A stretch of 64,000 nt of DNA, taken from Trypanosoma brucei (taxonomy: Eukaryota). This document shows positions 63,685 to 64,000 of this stretch, one piece after another (position 1 is the first letter of the stretch; every line of letters begins with the position of its first letter). Location of the stretch: positions 288,001-352,000 of the forward strand of contig CP000068.1 of NCBI GenBank assembly GCA_000002445.1. Direction: 5' to 3'. The notes beneath the pieces were generated by a model. It had not been told where the DNA came from. It saw nothing but the letters and a program-made list of their open reading frames with translations, and did not search any database. The position numbers and the translations under genes are program-made.

Positions 63685-64000
63685 GAACTGACGCCGGTGG
63701 AGGGCTCGTCGCCTGCAGTTACGGGAAGTACTTTGATAGGGAATGGGAAGAAGAGGTGAGGATGTTGTGTACGGGATAAGTGAATGAGTTCCGCGCGTCT
63801 GCTCGCTGTTGTTACTTCGTTGTTTCCCCCTTATTTTCATTTCTGGTACTTTTTATTTCGTTGCTGCTTGTTGAAGTGACGGTGATTGTTTATGCTGTTG
63901 GAACGTTATTCGATGTCGTATTTTTGCATCACAGAGTTGGGGTTCGCATTCCTTTCTTAGTTGGGGATGGCGTAGCGGCACCGTGATGGCGGAATGGAGT

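Overview
The window looks like nuclear DNA from a trypanosomatid, most consistent with Trypanosoma brucei chromosome 5. It is a single unidirectional polycistronic unit with every credible gene on the + strand. Intergenic regions carry polypyrimidine tracts followed by AG, (TA)n microsatellites, and a CCCTAA interstitial telomeric hexamer. The ORF track uses TTG/GTG/CTG as pseudo-starts, so I re-anchored several CDS to the first plausible ATG after a polypyrimidine tract. Genes in order: a 5'-truncated KRI1-like gene; a Ser/Pro-rich hypothetical; a SelT selenoprotein whose in-frame UGA (Sec) the ORF track reads as a stop, splitting the gene into two ORFs; an exactly 3300-bp-period tandem array of three STT3 oligosaccharyltransferase paralogues (A/B/C), preceded by a truncated STT3 relic; a rhodanese-domain protein; the glycosomal NADH-fumarate reductase FRDg (ApbE + FRD + cyt-b5-reductase domains, C-terminal SKI PTS1); a second FRD paralogue that shares a ~1.45-kb block with FRDg that looks identical at protein level but lacks the ApbE domain and the PTS1; a ~4-kb GC-rich interval with no convincing ORF; a Trx-monothiol-Grx fusion; an Msp1/ATAD1-like AAA ATPase; a hypothetical abutting a (CCCTAA)3 tract; an AlkB-like dioxygenase; a UBC4/5-type E2; a 1315-aa hypothetical; a membrane-anchored thioredoxin-domain protein; an IscA-type Fe-S assembly protein; two hypotheticals; a catalytically dead M16 (MPP/bc1-core-like) protein; an OTU deubiquitinase with a RanBP2-type zinc finger and an internal 190-bp duplication; and an ESF2/ABT1-like RRM protein. 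There are no prokaryotic-style features (CRISPR, operon terminators, IS elements). The main findings are the missed selenoprotein, the mosaic architecture of the STT3 array, and the FRD partial gene conversion.
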